Positions 1 to 8,963 of a stretch of 41,099 bases of DNA are shown piece after piece. Source of the DNA: a virus. Taxonomy: Duplodnaviria > Caudoviricetes. Under the pieces are notes generated by a model. The model saw nothing but the letters and a program-made list of their open reading frames with translations, made no database searches and had not been told where the DNA came from. The stretch's first letter is position 1. Each line of letters starts with the position of its first letter. Location of the stretch: IMG/VR virus record IMGVR_UViG_3300037311_000471, positions 1 to 41,099 of that record, one strand, 5' to 3'. The translations under genes were made by a program, and so were the position numbers.

Positions 1-849
1 TTACAAAGATATTACTTTTTTTGAATATATGAAAACCAACAAGAAAAATACCCCCGATACTGTTGCTATTGCGCCCGCAATAGAACCGTCAAGCCAAACT
101 GCAAGATAATATCCTGTAATTGCAGTCAATATACCAATGATGGAGGAGAGAAATAACATTTTTTTTAGATTTTGAGTAAGTAAATATGCTGTTGCTGGCG
201 GGACTATCAAAAAACCAACAACTAAAATAGCACCCACTGCCTCAAAAGCTGCCACAGTAGTTAGCGAAACTGCACCCATCAACAAATAATGCCACAAGGT
301 TACATTGATACCACAAGCCGCTGCAAAAGCAGGGTCAAACGTAGTGATTTTCAGCTCTTTATAAGAAAAAATAATAAAAAATAGGATAAGCATCAGTACA
401 GCACCCATTATCCAAATGACTCTCGGTCCCAGATTGATGTTATTACCCAATAGCCAAACATCTATTGGAACGTAAGCAATTTCTCCATAAAGTACGCAGT
501 CTTGGTCTAAATCAATCTGTCCGGCGTAAGCCGCAATATAAATTATACCCAATGCAAACAAACTGGTAAAAGTTACACCAATAGATGCGTCTGTTTGAAG
601 TTTGATTTTTTGATGGAAAAATTCAATCAAAAAAGTAGTAAAAAGCCCCAATGCACTTGCGCCAACGAGCATAGTAAACGTGTCGCGCGTACCTGTAAGC
701 AAGAAGGCAAAAACTATCCCTGGCAGTATGCTGTGTGAAATGGCATCGCTGACCATTGCCATTTTGCGCAAGATAAGATAGCAGCCAAGCAAACTGCAAC
801 AAACTGCTACTAATGCGCCACTTAGTATAATCCAAAAATCTACCATCAT
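1..849 (-). CDS. Metal (Mn/Zn/Fe) ABC transporter permease, ABC-3 family (MntD/TroD-like); host gene
   Basis: Multi-TM protein with family motifs 'LGCYLILRKMAMVSDAISHSILPG', 'FDPAFA' and 'VGAILVVGFLIVPPATAYLLT'. Confidence 0.92.
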   Translation of the reverse strand: MMVDFWIILSGALVAVCCSLLGCYLILRKMAMVSDAISHSILPGIVFAFLLTGTRDTFTMLVGASALGLFTTFLIEFFHQKIKLQTDASIGVTFTSLFALGIIYIAAYAGQIDLDQDCVLYGEIAYVPIDVWLLGNNINLGPRVIWIMGAVLMLILFFIIFSYKELKITTFDPAFAAACGINVTLWHYLLMGAVSLTTVAAFEAVGAILVVGFLIVPPATAYLLTQNLKKMLFLSSIIGILTAITGYYLAVWLDGSIAGAIATVSGVFFLLVFIYSKKVISL

Positions 850-851
850 TT

Positions 852-1478
852 TTAACAGCCAGAGAAAAAGATTTCAGAAATAGCTACATCTTTAAATTTT
901 TTCCCCTCATAAACGTCTAAAATCATTATTTTTATTTTTGTTCCTGTAGAGATTTTGTCAGGGTCTATTTTTATATTATCAGGAAGTTGGAATATCTGTA
1001 TGCCCATTTTATCTTCCAGCAAAACTTCAAAAGTAGGTTTGCTTTCTATAAAAACACGCAATTTTCGTACGCGTGAATTATTTTCCCAAGTAATTTTATC
1101 TTTTTGGTAGCCATTGAGTATGCACCAACTTGCGTAAGGAAAAGCCATAAACTCTACAAACTCACCAATACCATAGTCTGTTTTTCCTTCTACCCAAGCC
1201 GTAGTCGGGTCGTCATCTGAGAGGTTCTCTGCTTTATAATTACTTATGCCTTGTGAGGCTAAGTAAGAAGATGCCTTGGTATTGCTTGTGCCTTCGCGAC
1301 ATTCGCCAAGTACCCAGCCTTCAGGATTGTCTTTACCATCTTTGGGTTTTTCGGGCAACCAGTCATAGTAACGTTCTTTTTGCGTGGCTTTTGCTTGTAC
1401 CAAAGGTAAGTTTTGTGCAAAAACTATGAATTGATACAACAATAAAAAAAAGCAAAGAATTGAAAATTTATATTTCAT
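852..1478 (-). CDS. Secreted protein with a discoidin-like / NADase-type glycan-binding domain; host gene
   Basis: Signal peptide from the ATG at 1478 (MKYKFSILCFFLLLYQFIVFA|Q); motifs 'NLSDDDPTTAWVEG..GIGE', 'NGYQK..WENNSRVRKL' and 'DVAISEI'. The ORF-track start at 1556 is probably too long. Confidence 0.7.
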   Translation of the reverse strand: MKYKFSILCFFLLLYQFIVFAQNLPLVQAKATQKERYYDWLPEKPKDGKDNPEGWVLGECREGTSNTKASSYLASQGISNYKAENLSDDDPTTAWVEGKTDYGIGEFVEFMAFPYASWCILNGYQKDKITWENNSRVRKLRVFIESKPTFEVLLEDKMGIQIFQLPDNIKIDPDKISTGTKIKIMILDVYEGKKFKDVAISEIFFSGC

Positions 1479-1848
1479 TTGGGCTATTGTATAAATGCAA
1501 AAACCAAAACATAAATAAAAAAAGTATGAAAAAGTGTATAAAATATTGTATTTCAATTATTTATGTGGGTAAGTGCAAAGGTAACTAAAAAAAACGAAAG
1601 CAGAAAAATACGGAATAGGATTTAATAAGGCATTAATAGGGCTGTGGGTTGGCTTAATAGGGCATTAATTGTTTTAAATAATGTTTAAAAGGTTTAAAAA
1701 AGGGGGTGAATGGGGGCAGGGGCTTTTAAAAGGGCTTCTGTCCCTTTTAAAGTTTTAAAATTGAGTGGATAGACTTAGTAAGATTGGTGGTTAATTTGTA
1801 TTGATTTTGTACTTAATTATTTATTTTTGAAGCCTAAACACTTATATT

Positions 1849-2055
1849 ATGAAAGCTATTACTATTGCGGATAATTGCAGTTATCGGATTGTGCTAATAA
1901 CAAGGGATAAGGAGATAGGAAAGCTATTGTGGAAGGGTATTAGTATGAGGGAGATAAAGATGCTATTCAAGAAATATCCTAAACAACTTGAATATAAAAG
2001 GGTTATGAAAAGGAAAAAGAGTAAAACAAGCCCTGAAATTAGTCCTCTTCGCTGA
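1849..2055 (+). CDS. Small basic hypothetical protein convergent with the repressor
   Basis: 68-aa ORF with AT-rich upstream region; no recognised motif. Confidence 0.4.
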   Translation: MKAITIADNCSYRIVLITRDKEIGKLLWKGISMREIKMLFKKYPKQLEYKRVMKRKKSKTSPEISPLR

Positions 2056-2725
2056 GGCGGGTGAGGATACGAACGAATATATCTGCTATTAATTGCTCCT
2101 CTTCTTTGGTTTTGGCTGTCTTCAACACTTCTTTTTCTACTTTGCTCACTATGCTTATGAGTGGCTTATCTTCGTTCTTGCGGAGTGCTTGGCGAACTTT
2201 GGCTTCTATGTCCTCTTCTTTTATCATGGTAGCTTGTAGTAAAGTATCTATGATTTTGTTTTTAAAGGCGATTTCTTTTTTTAAAAAGTCAAAATACTCT
2301 GATTTTGAGTGCTTTAATGATTTATCGGCATACTGTGCTTGCTTTTCCTCTACCATGTCTATGTCTTGGCTGTCCTCCAAAATATACCCTACCTTACCTG
2401 CTACCTTACCTAAAACCTTACCTTCATCATTCTCACTTTTATTGGACTTATCGGAGTTTTCCGTATTTTCATTTTTAAAGTTTCGTTCCGCATTAATATA
2501 GTTTTTATCCAATTTTAAAATCATTTCTCCTTCTCCATCATAAAGCCAAATCGGACTAATTCTATAAACCCTAATAAGAGATTTTAAAACTTCTGATGAT
2601 ATACCTATTTTACCTCTCTCCAAATCAGACAAAGAGCCTTGTTGTATGCCAATTGAATTAGCAAATTCCTCTTGATTAAGTTTTAAAAACTTTCTTAGCT
2701 CTTTAACTCTTTGATTTTCAGACAT
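2039..2725 (-). CDS. Prophage repressor (XRE/HTH_3 N-terminal domain, no evident S24 peptidase domain)
   Basis: 'RVKELRKFLKLNQEEFANSIGIQQGSLSDLERGK...ISPIWLYDGEGEM'; divergent from the early operon. Confidence 0.88.
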   Translation of the reverse strand: MSENQRVKELRKFLKLNQEEFANSIGIQQGSLSDLERGKIGISSEVLKSLIRVYRISPIWLYDGEGEMILKLDKNYINAERNFKNENTENSDKSNKSENDEGKVLGKVAGKVGYILEDSQDIDMVEEKQAQYADKSLKHSKSEYFDFLKKEIAFKNKIIDTLLQATMIKEEDIEAKVRQALRKNEDKPLISIVSKVEKEVLKTAKTKEEEQLIADIFVRILTRLSEED

Positions 2726-2744
2726 AAGTAAAATTTCTATATTT

Positions 2745-2845
2745 TATTCGTAAAAATTCTTTATTTTTATTTGCATATACGGAAAAATTCTATTTACTTT
2801 GTTTCAGCATTGTAAAAACAACGTGTAAAAACAAAACAAAGGTAA
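2745..2845. promoter_or_regulatory. Immunity switch region: face-to-face promoters and operator-like repeats
   Basis: Minus-strand TACCTTTG (-7 box) at 2837-2844; plus-strand TTTG (2770-2773) with TTACTTTG (2794-2801) 20 bp downstream; direct repeat TGTAAAAACAA at 2811-2821 and 2824-2834; CG(T/G)AAAAATTCT twice at about 2748 and 2780. Confidence 0.55.
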
Positions 2846-2900
2846 ATAAACACAATGCGAAAAATAAATAAAGTTGTGGACATTTTAAAAAAATAATTTG

Positions 2901-3125
2901 ATGGAAGGTGTAGAAGAAGTAAAAAAGAAAGGAAGGGGCAGACCTCGCAAGGCGGCTGAGGATGTGAAAAAGAGTAGAACGGTGATGTTTTCGGACAAAG
3001 AATGGGTGATGGTAACGGAGCAAGCAAGGGAGGAAGGAAAGGAGGTAAGCACATTTGTAAACGAGGAAATGATGAAGGTGGTGAAGGCAAGAAGGAGAAG
3101 GAGGATGGGCTATGGACTTGGATAA
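2901..3125 (+). CDS. First early gene (Ner/Cro position): AT-hook plus ribbon-helix-helix-like DNA-binding protein
   Basis: 'KKGRGRPRK' AT-hook followed by 'RTVMFSDKEWVMVTEQAREEGKEVSTFV'. Confidence 0.6.
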   Translation: MEGVEEVKKKGRGRPRKAAEDVKKSRTVMFSDKEWVMVTEQAREEGKEVSTFVNEEMMKVVKARRRRRMGYGLG

Positions 3126-3270
3126 ATCTTTTGAAAACAAGATAGAGGCGGCTTATAAGCGGGCGCAAAGGGCAAAAACGGAGGCTGAAAAGCTGGCGGC
3201 ATGGGAAGAAATCAAGGACTTGCAGGCGCAAAGGAAGGCTAAGACGGGGAGGGGATATGGGGGTAAGTGA
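3112..3270 (+). CDS. 52-aa helical hypothetical protein (not in the ORF track)
   Basis: Hand-translated: MDLDKSFENKIEAAYKRAQRAKTEAEKLAAWEEIKDLQAQRKAKTGRGYGGK; overlaps the end of the previous gene, consistent with translational coupling. Confidence 0.6.
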   Translation: MDLDKSFENKIEAAYKRAQRAKTEAEKLAAWEEIKDLQAQRKAKTGRGYGGK

Positions 3271-3339
3271 GCCACTAATTACACGAATTTTCACGAATAA
3301 ATACAGTTTTAAATTTTTAAAAATCAAACAATTACAATT

Positions 3340-3699
3340 ATGAAGGTAAGAATTGAAGTGGATTATGAAACATTCACAGCAGATGAAAAAAATGAGAATT
3401 TGTTTTATACAAATTTCCATGCTGTAAGCAAAACGTTTAGTATAAAGTTCAAAGATGGGGAGGAAGAGGCTAAGTATGTGATGAAAATCATGGAAAAGGC
3501 GATAGCGGAGGCAGGGATAAAGCAGGGGCGATTGGATGAAGAGGAAGCCTTTGAAATGAAAAAAAAGGAGGCACTAAGTAAATGTAAGCCTTTACGTAGT
3601 GCCGATGATGAAAAGTGGGTGAAGGAGGAGATAGATTTGAGCTTTATGGGTGTTGGGTGTAAATCTCGGGTCCACCCTCAAATTGGTGAAGGTCTGTAA
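3340..3699 (+). CDS. Early hypothetical protein
   Basis: 119 aa, A-rich start context, co-oriented in the early operon. Confidence 0.6.
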   Translation: MKVRIEVDYETFTADEKNENLFYTNFHAVSKTFSIKFKDGEEEAKYVMKIMEKAIAEAGIKQGRLDEEEAFEMKKKEALSKCKPLRSADDEKWVKEEIDLSFMGVGCKSRVHPQIGEGL

Positions 3700-3958
3700 A
3701 GATATGGATGGCACTGATTTTCATCATGATTTTGGGCAGTGTGCCTGTGGAGGTGAGTTTGAAATGATGCTGGTAGGGGGTAAATTGGGTTTCTGGAATG
3801 TCCCAGTCAATGTATTCCCCACTATGCTCTTCAAAAAGGTTTATGTCATAAGCCTTGCAAAGTGCTTCTACTAAGAAGAGATAGGTTAGGTCTTTTTTTT
3901 CGGTGAATCTTGGACTTGAAATGTCCGCAATGATTTTGAACTGAGTTTGGTCTTTCAT
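3644..3958 (-). CDS. Hypothetical protein antisense to the early operon with its own promoter
   Basis: 104 aa with natural composition; minus-strand TATTTTTG box at about 3988-3995. Confidence 0.55.
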   Translation of the reverse strand: MKDQTQFKIIADISSPRFTEKKDLTYLFLVEALCKAYDINLFEEHSGEYIDWDIPETQFTPYQHHFKLTSTGTLPKIMMKISAIHIFTDLHQFEGGPEIYTQHP

Positions 3959-4002
3959 AAGATTTTAAAAATTAAGTGTGTGTAGCACAAAAATAAGTAA
4001 AA

Positions 4003-6192
4003 ATGAACATCACCCAACAAAATATTAAGAAAATAGGCAAGGACATAGGCATTAGCTATGCTTATATGGCTGAAATGGTAGGTACTAAGATTGATAACGT
4101 GTATAAGTACGTGAGTGTGGGGACTTGGAAAAAACACGTAGATGCGAATGATACTAAGTGGGTGATGTATAGCTCTTTGCCTGAAAGTACAAGGGCAAAG
4201 CTACCAAGTGTGGCTGAATTTATAATGGCTTTGGAGGCTGAAAGGAAGTACAGGCTGTATGAGGGGTTGGTTTTGGGGCTGATTGAGCCTGTAAGTAGGG
4301 AGGATAGGGAGCGGGTGGACTCTTTCCGAGTGGTGAATAGGATAGTGAATGAGGAGAGCGGAGAAGAGTTTTTATTAAGTGAAACTGACTTGCCCGATGA
4401 GGAAAAGAATCGTGTGAAGCGGGTAAGTCAGTTCATAAAGCTACTGGCAAGCGAAAAAATGAAGGATATGCAATGGCGGGAGGGGATTCACTCGGATTTT
4501 AGGAAATTGAGTGTGATGCAAGAGGCGGTGATTAAAGTTATGAGTTATGAGTTAGGAGTTATTAGGGATACGAATGAAAAAGTTGCGCTAACTTATTGGC
4601 TTTCAGTGATTAGTAAGTATAAAAGTGAGGGGGTTTTGAGTTTAATTTCTAAAAAATATGGGAATGATAATGCTCAAAAGGTGAGTTTTGAAGGACTGAT
4701 GTACTTGATAGAGTGTATGAGTAATGCTACTAAACCTACTGTGGAACTGGTAGCAAGTGCTTATAATAGTGTGTTTTCGCCTTCGCTGACGGTGCAAAGG
4801 GTGAATGATTTGGTAAATATTCCTTGTGTGCGGTCTATCTGGTACTTGTATAGGCATGGGGAACTGGCTTGGAAGCGGGTGTATGGGTATGACTTGCTGA
4901 GGGTGAAGCCTAAATATGCTGATGGGGTGTGGTGTAGTGATGGTAGCAAGTGGAATGAGTATATTTTGACTCCAGAAGGGAAGCTACTCGCCAATGTGAA
5001 TATGTATAGTGTGGTAGATGTGGCTACGGGCTATATGCTGAGTATAGCAGTGGCGGCTAAGAAGGAAGATGGGCTGTTACTCAGCAAGGCGGCGGCAAGG
5101 GCATTTGAGGAAAGCGGCGGGGTGAAGCCTTACCAGTGGCAGTATGATGGGGGCGGGGAGAATAAAACTTTTTTCAAACAATTTGATGCTTTGCACTTTC
5201 CTACTATGCCTCACAATGGGCAAAGCAAGCTGATAGAACGCATTTTTGCTGACTTTCAGAAGCATATACAGGGTATGAGTGTGGGCTTTACAGGCATGAA
5301 TAACCAGACTCGAACAGACGATAGCAAAATGAACTATCCTGAAATCGTAAAAATGGCTAAAAAACACCCTGAAATGTTTTGTAGGAACATGGTAGAGGTA
5401 GAGGAAAAGGCAGAAAGGCAAAGACAGCTATGGAATGCGATGAAGGTAAAGACGAAATACGGAGAGATTAGTAGGGCTGAATATTATAGACGATTGAAAA
5501 ACGAAAGCCCTGAGAGAGATAGACTTACAGAGCATGACAAGCGGGATTTGTTCTGGAATTGGAGAAAAGATACAGTAACCTATCGTAGCTATGGGCTGAT
5601 GACTAAGACAGGAGAAAGAGAGAATTATTATGAGGTCTTAGATGAGAATGGAAAGCCTGATATTGAGAACTTTCATAGCAGGTATATAGGTCAGGTGTTT
5701 CATATCAAGCAAAACCCGATGGATGTGGGTAAAATAGCCCTGTATATAGCTACTAAGGTGGAAAAAGTAAGAACGGTGGTAGATGAAATGACAGGAGAGC
5801 ATATCAAGGAAACTTATAAAGCAAATGAAATGCGCTTTGTGGCTTATGCGATGGAAAGAAGTAGGCTTGCTTATGGGTTAGAGGACTACCAAGAGGGAGA
5901 ACGCAAGCGAATAGATGCGGGGCTGGAAGCTAAGAAACTGAATAAAAAGGTAGTGCAAGATAGGAAGAGTTTGGCGGGTGAAAACACACCGCCAAAGGGC
6001 AAAGAGGCTTTGGAAGATGCTTGGCTGAGGAATATGGATGGGGAGGAGTTGGAGAAAATACCTACTGCCTATTTGAGTAAGAAGGCGCAGTATTTTGTGG
6101 AGAGTGGGGGATTAGAGGAATTAACACGAAATGAGGAAGAGGAAATAGAGATTAATCTTTTTGATGAAAAATTTACAAACACTTGGAATTGA
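4003..6192 (+). CDS. MuA-like DDE transposase
   Basis: Catalytic-type motifs 'WCSDGSK', 'YQWQYDGGG' and 'HNGQSKLIERIF'; N-terminal HTH-like segment; directly upstream of an AAA ATPase. Confidence 0.9.
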   Translation: MNITQQNIKKIGKDIGISYAYMAEMVGTKIDNVYKYVSVGTWKKHVDANDTKWVMYSSLPESTRAKLPSVAEFIMALEAERKYRLYEGLVLGLIEPVSREDRERVDSFRVVNRIVNEESGEEFLLSETDLPDEEKNRVKRVSQFIKLLASEKMKDMQWREGIHSDFRKLSVMQEAVIKVMSYELGVIRDTNEKVALTYWLSVISKYKSEGVLSLISKKYGNDNAQKVSFEGLMYLIECMSNATKPTVELVASAYNSVFSPSLTVQRVNDLVNIPCVRSIWYLYRHGELAWKRVYGYDLLRVKPKYADGVWCSDGSKWNEYILTPEGKLLANVNMYSVVDVATGYMLSIAVAAKKEDGLLLSKAAARAFEESGGVKPYQWQYDGGGENKTFFKQFDALHFPTMPHNGQSKLIERIFADFQKHIQGMSVGFTGMNNQTRTDDSKMNYPEIVKMAKKHPEMFCRNMVEVEEKAERQRQLWNAMKVKTKYGEISRAEYYRRLKNESPERDRLTEHDKRDLFWNWRKDTVTYRSYGLMTKTGERENYYEVLDENGKPDIENFHSRYIGQVFHIKQNPMDVGKIALYIATKVEKVRTVVDEMTGEHIKETYKANEMRFVAYAMERSRLAYGLEDYQEGERKRIDAGLEAKKLNKKVVQDRKSLAGENTPPKGKEALEDAWLRNMDGEELEKIPTAYLSKKAQYFVESGGLEELTRNEEEEIEINLFDEKFTNTWN

Positions 6193-6448
6193 GATGGAAG
6201 AGTTAAGGATAAGCATCGTAAAAAACGAAATTAGTCAAATTATTGACATTCAATTTTTTAACGGCAATAATGAAAAAATTGAAGGATTGGGTAAAGAATT
6301 TTTAATAAACTTCTTAGGCGACTGCATAGCACATAGCTATTTTTTAGATGAGATTTTTACCAAATCCATTAAGCAAGCTAAGGAAGTAAGGAAAGAAAAA
6401 GGGCTTTTAAGACTTAGGGAAATAACCACAATAGATGAAAAACAATGA
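6164..6448 (+). CDS. Hypothetical protein between transposase and ATPase
   Basis: Overlaps the transposase stop and has an ATGA overlap with the next gene. Confidence 0.55.
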   Translation: MKNLQTLGIEMEELRISIVKNEISQIIDIQFFNGNNEKIEGLGKEFLINFLGDCIAHSYFLDEIFTKSIKQAKEVRKEKGLLRLREITTIDEKQ

Positions 6449-7521
6449 AAATCACTGAGCAAATAAAAATAAGCATCGCTGAGGCAGTCAAAGAGTGGCT
6501 TAGTCAGGAAGGCAAGGAGTTTACACAGAGCGAATTGGCTCGCAAGACTAACGTAAACAATGCGATAGTAAGCCTTATCAAAAGAGGCACGTTTGTAAAT
6601 GGCAAAAGTCCAATCGCTGATGAGGAGTTTGTAAAGCTCGCACAGTTCCTGAATCCAAGTTTGGTGGAATACAGCCCCACCCAAACCCTCCCCAGTGGAG
6701 AGGGCTTAAATGAAGATGGATTTAGTAAGGAAAGGTTAAGACAAATCGTAGGCTCATACCACTTTAATACTGAGAACTTTGGCTTGGTTATCAAAATGGC
6801 GATGACGATGAGTAATACGAATAGTCAGGGGATTTTGGATAGCAAAATTAGTGGGGCAGGTAAGACGTATGCACTGGAAGTTTGCTCAAAACTTTTTCCA
6901 AAGACTTATTACTACAAGGCTTCTGGTAAGGTAACACCTTCCGAGTTTCTGCTTGGCATACTCAAAAGCATGGGTGTGAAGGAGTTTAAAGGCAATAACT
7001 CAAAGAAAATAGATGAAATCGTAAGGCTTATGCCTTACAATGGACTGCTTGTCATAGACGAGTTGGAAACTGTGCAAAGGAAAAATACAGTCTATCCTAT
7101 TCTTAAAGACCTCATAGACAAGGCAAAAGGTAACTTTGGAATGATAGCTTCTGGACATGGATTGTTGGAATTTTTTAGGAAAAAAGCAGAAAAAGGCAAG
7201 GATAACTATCCTCAACTGTATAGAAGGCTGGAAAATAAGAAAACTATCCTCTATAATATCAGGAAAAAAGAGGAGAAAGACAAAGGGCAGGAAGGGGATT
7301 TGGAAATAATTACAGGTCAGTTTGGCGGGGTGAGGGAACTCACGCTACGCTGGATGTATGACAATATCAAGAATTACGACAGTCTAAGAACTTACCTGAT
7401 GGCAATCATGGAGATAGATAAAAAGGCAAACAATGAAAGCCAGCTCATTAGCGCACTGAATAAGCTCATTAGCGGGGCGCAAAAACTAAGTAAAGAGGAA
7501 ATGGATAGATTTTCAATTTAA
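6445..7521 (+). CDS. MuB-like AAA+ transposition ATPase with N-terminal HTH
   Basis: HTH 'TQSELARKTNVNNAIVSLIKRG', Walker A 'SGAGKT', Walker B 'LLVIDE', arginine finger region 'YPQLYRR'. Confidence 0.88.
   Translation: MKITEQIKISIAEAVKEWLSQEGKEFTQSELARKTNVNNAIVSLIKRGTFVNGKSPIADEEFVKLAQFLNPSLVEYSPTQTLPSGEGLNEDGFSKERLRQIVGSYHFNTENFGLVIKMAMTMSNTNSQGILDSKISGAGKTYALEVCSKLFPKTYYYKASGKVTPSEFLLGILKSMGVKEFKGNNSKKIDEIVRLMPYNGLLVIDELETVQRKNTVYPILKDLIDKAKGNFGMIASGHGLLEFFRKKAEKGKDNYPQLYRRLENKKTILYNIRKKEEKDKGQEGDLEIITGQFGGVRELTLRWMYDNIKNYDSLRTYLMAIMEIDKKANNESQLISALNKLISGAQKLSKEEMDRFSI
6673..6707. repeat. REP-like palindrome inside the MuB coding frame
   Basis: AGCCCCACCCAAACCCTCCCCAGTGGAGAGGGCTT, encoding 'SPTQTLPSGEGL'; hairpin is similar to those at 16376 and 17263. 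Confidence 0.6.
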
Positions 7522-7562
7522 AATACACAAATACAAAACCACACACAGAAAGGAGAATTGAC

Positions 7563-8084
7563 ATGGAAAATATCATTAATATCAAACAGGTCATTCAGAA
7601 ACTCACAGATGTTACTGGAGCGGAGATGATAGACTTTGGCAAGTTGGAGTTGCACTTGCGTAATGCCTACGTAGGTACTTATATGCCTGAATCAAACTTC
7701 ATGGAAGGCGATGAGAAGGTGAAGGAGTTGTGCTTTGCCTATTACAGGCAGTTGCTGTATGACTTTTGGCATAGCTTGAAAGTAACTGGCGATAATCTGT
7801 ACCTGCTTGGCACGGGTACGCAAGAAGGAATCGCCTTTAAACTACTTGCCAATGGGGCGGAAGTGTGGGAAGAGTTGGAAAAACACCTACTGAATAAGGC
7901 AATAGCGCACATAAGGCAGGTAGGGAAGGAAGGCTATAAGCTACGCACACAGATAGATAGGATAGCAATGACGATGCTCATGTATGCGGACCTGCATGAG
8001 AAGGCAAGGAAAATCAAATGCGACAAGGAAGCTACTAAATTTTATAAAGATGGGAAAAATAAACTTTTTAGGGATTTGGATTAG
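7563..8084 (+). CDS. Early hypothetical protein
   Basis: 173-aa ORF in the operon. Confidence 0.7.
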   Translation: MENIINIKQVIQKLTDVTGAEMIDFGKLELHLRNAYVGTYMPESNFMEGDEKVKELCFAYYRQLLYDFWHSLKVTGDNLYLLGTGTQEGIAFKLLANGAEVWEELEKHLLNKAIAHIRQVGKEGYKLRTQIDRIAMTMLMYADLHEKARKIKCDKEATKFYKDGKNKLFRDLD

Positions 8085-8301
8085 TGTACTGATGGTGGTA
8101 CTACTGACCTACTGCAAGATGACCAGCCCGCGCATGGGCGATAGGGTAATTTTGGAAAGACGACCTACAGACACGCTGATGATAGTAGGGGGCAAGTTTA
8201 AGGAGGGTGTATTTCACTACACAGTTCGCTATGTCCGCAAGAATGGAACATGGTATGAGTATGAGGTAAGTAAGCATGAAAATATACTCATTGTTAGATA
8301 G
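8050..8301 (+). CDS. Small membrane-anchored or possible lipoprotein
   Basis: From the ATG at 8050: MGKINFLGIWISVLMVVLLTYC, hydrophobic stretch ending in Cys. Confidence 0.55.
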   Translation: MGKINFLGIWISVLMVVLLTYCKMTSPRMGDRVILERRPTDTLMIVGGKFKEGVFHYTVRYVRKNGTWYEYEVSKHENILIVR

Positions 8302-8346
8302 TTAAATAGTTTTTTCAAATACAAATTTTTAAACGCACACAAGGTT

Positions 8347-8622
8347 ATGAAGGTACAAAATATAATAAATTGTTTGGAAAAAATCTATGGCGATGAGTTG
8401 ATAATGCCATACCACATTGATGCTACAAATCATGCTATTGCGTTTTTCAAAAAGTATCAGGAGCGTCTAAACGAGTTGGAAAAGGCAAAGGCTTTGGTGG
8501 ATGAGGCAAGGCTAATAATTCGTAGTGAATACTCCTATCGCTTTATGGAAGAAATTCAGCAGCAGATAGATACACTCACTTCCTTCTATGATGATGGAGA
8601 AAATCCTTTGGAAGAATTATGA
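8347..8622 (+). CDS. Early hypothetical protein
   Basis: 91 aa, ATGA overlap with the next gene. Confidence 0.65.
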   Translation: MKVQNIINCLEKIYGDELIMPYHIDATNHAIAFFKKYQERLNELEKAKALVDEARLIIRSEYSYRFMEEIQQQIDTLTSFYDDGENPLEEL

Positions 8623-8963
8623 AAAAGCACAAGTTTAGGGTATCCGTAGACTCTGTTATGGAGGTAGTAAAGGAACTTCAAACGCTATCAAGCTATGGTG
8701 AGGTGATAAATGACGCGATGACAGAGGTTTATTTCGTGGAAATGCATGGCTTTTTTGTTCAGTCTGCCAAGAAAAAAATAGGCGGCGCATTAGCATTTGC
8801 CATGATGCAAAGTAGCGCAGATGGAGTTTATTTTGAGCTAAATCAATTGGAAGTGAGTGCGTTGCACTATGAACTTGAAAAGGCTGAGTTTTTGAAGGAG
8901 CTGCAATCTATCGTTATCAAAGAAAAAGTAAAACTTTTGAACAATGGCAGGCAAATCATTTAG
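8619..8963 (+). CDS. Early hypothetical protein
   Basis: 114 aa, overlaps both neighbours. Confidence 0.65.
   Translation: MKKHKFRVSVDSVMEVVKELQTLSSYGEVINDAMTEVYFVEMHGFFVQSAKKKIGGALAFAMMQSSADGVYFELNQLEVSALHYELEKAEFLKELQSIVIKEKVKLLNNGRQII

Noticed and set aside
1797-1806. TGTATTGATT match to the start of the Mu left end
   Set aside because: A 10-bp AT-rich match is likely chance, and phage-like repeats already begin further left
2790-3420. Long minus-strand ORFs 2790-3140 and 2794-3420, and similar shadow ORFs elsewhere (e.g. 30350-30853, 26264-26653)
   Set aside because: Antisense to better-supported genes, with biased F/L/S/P composition caused by the purine-rich coding strand
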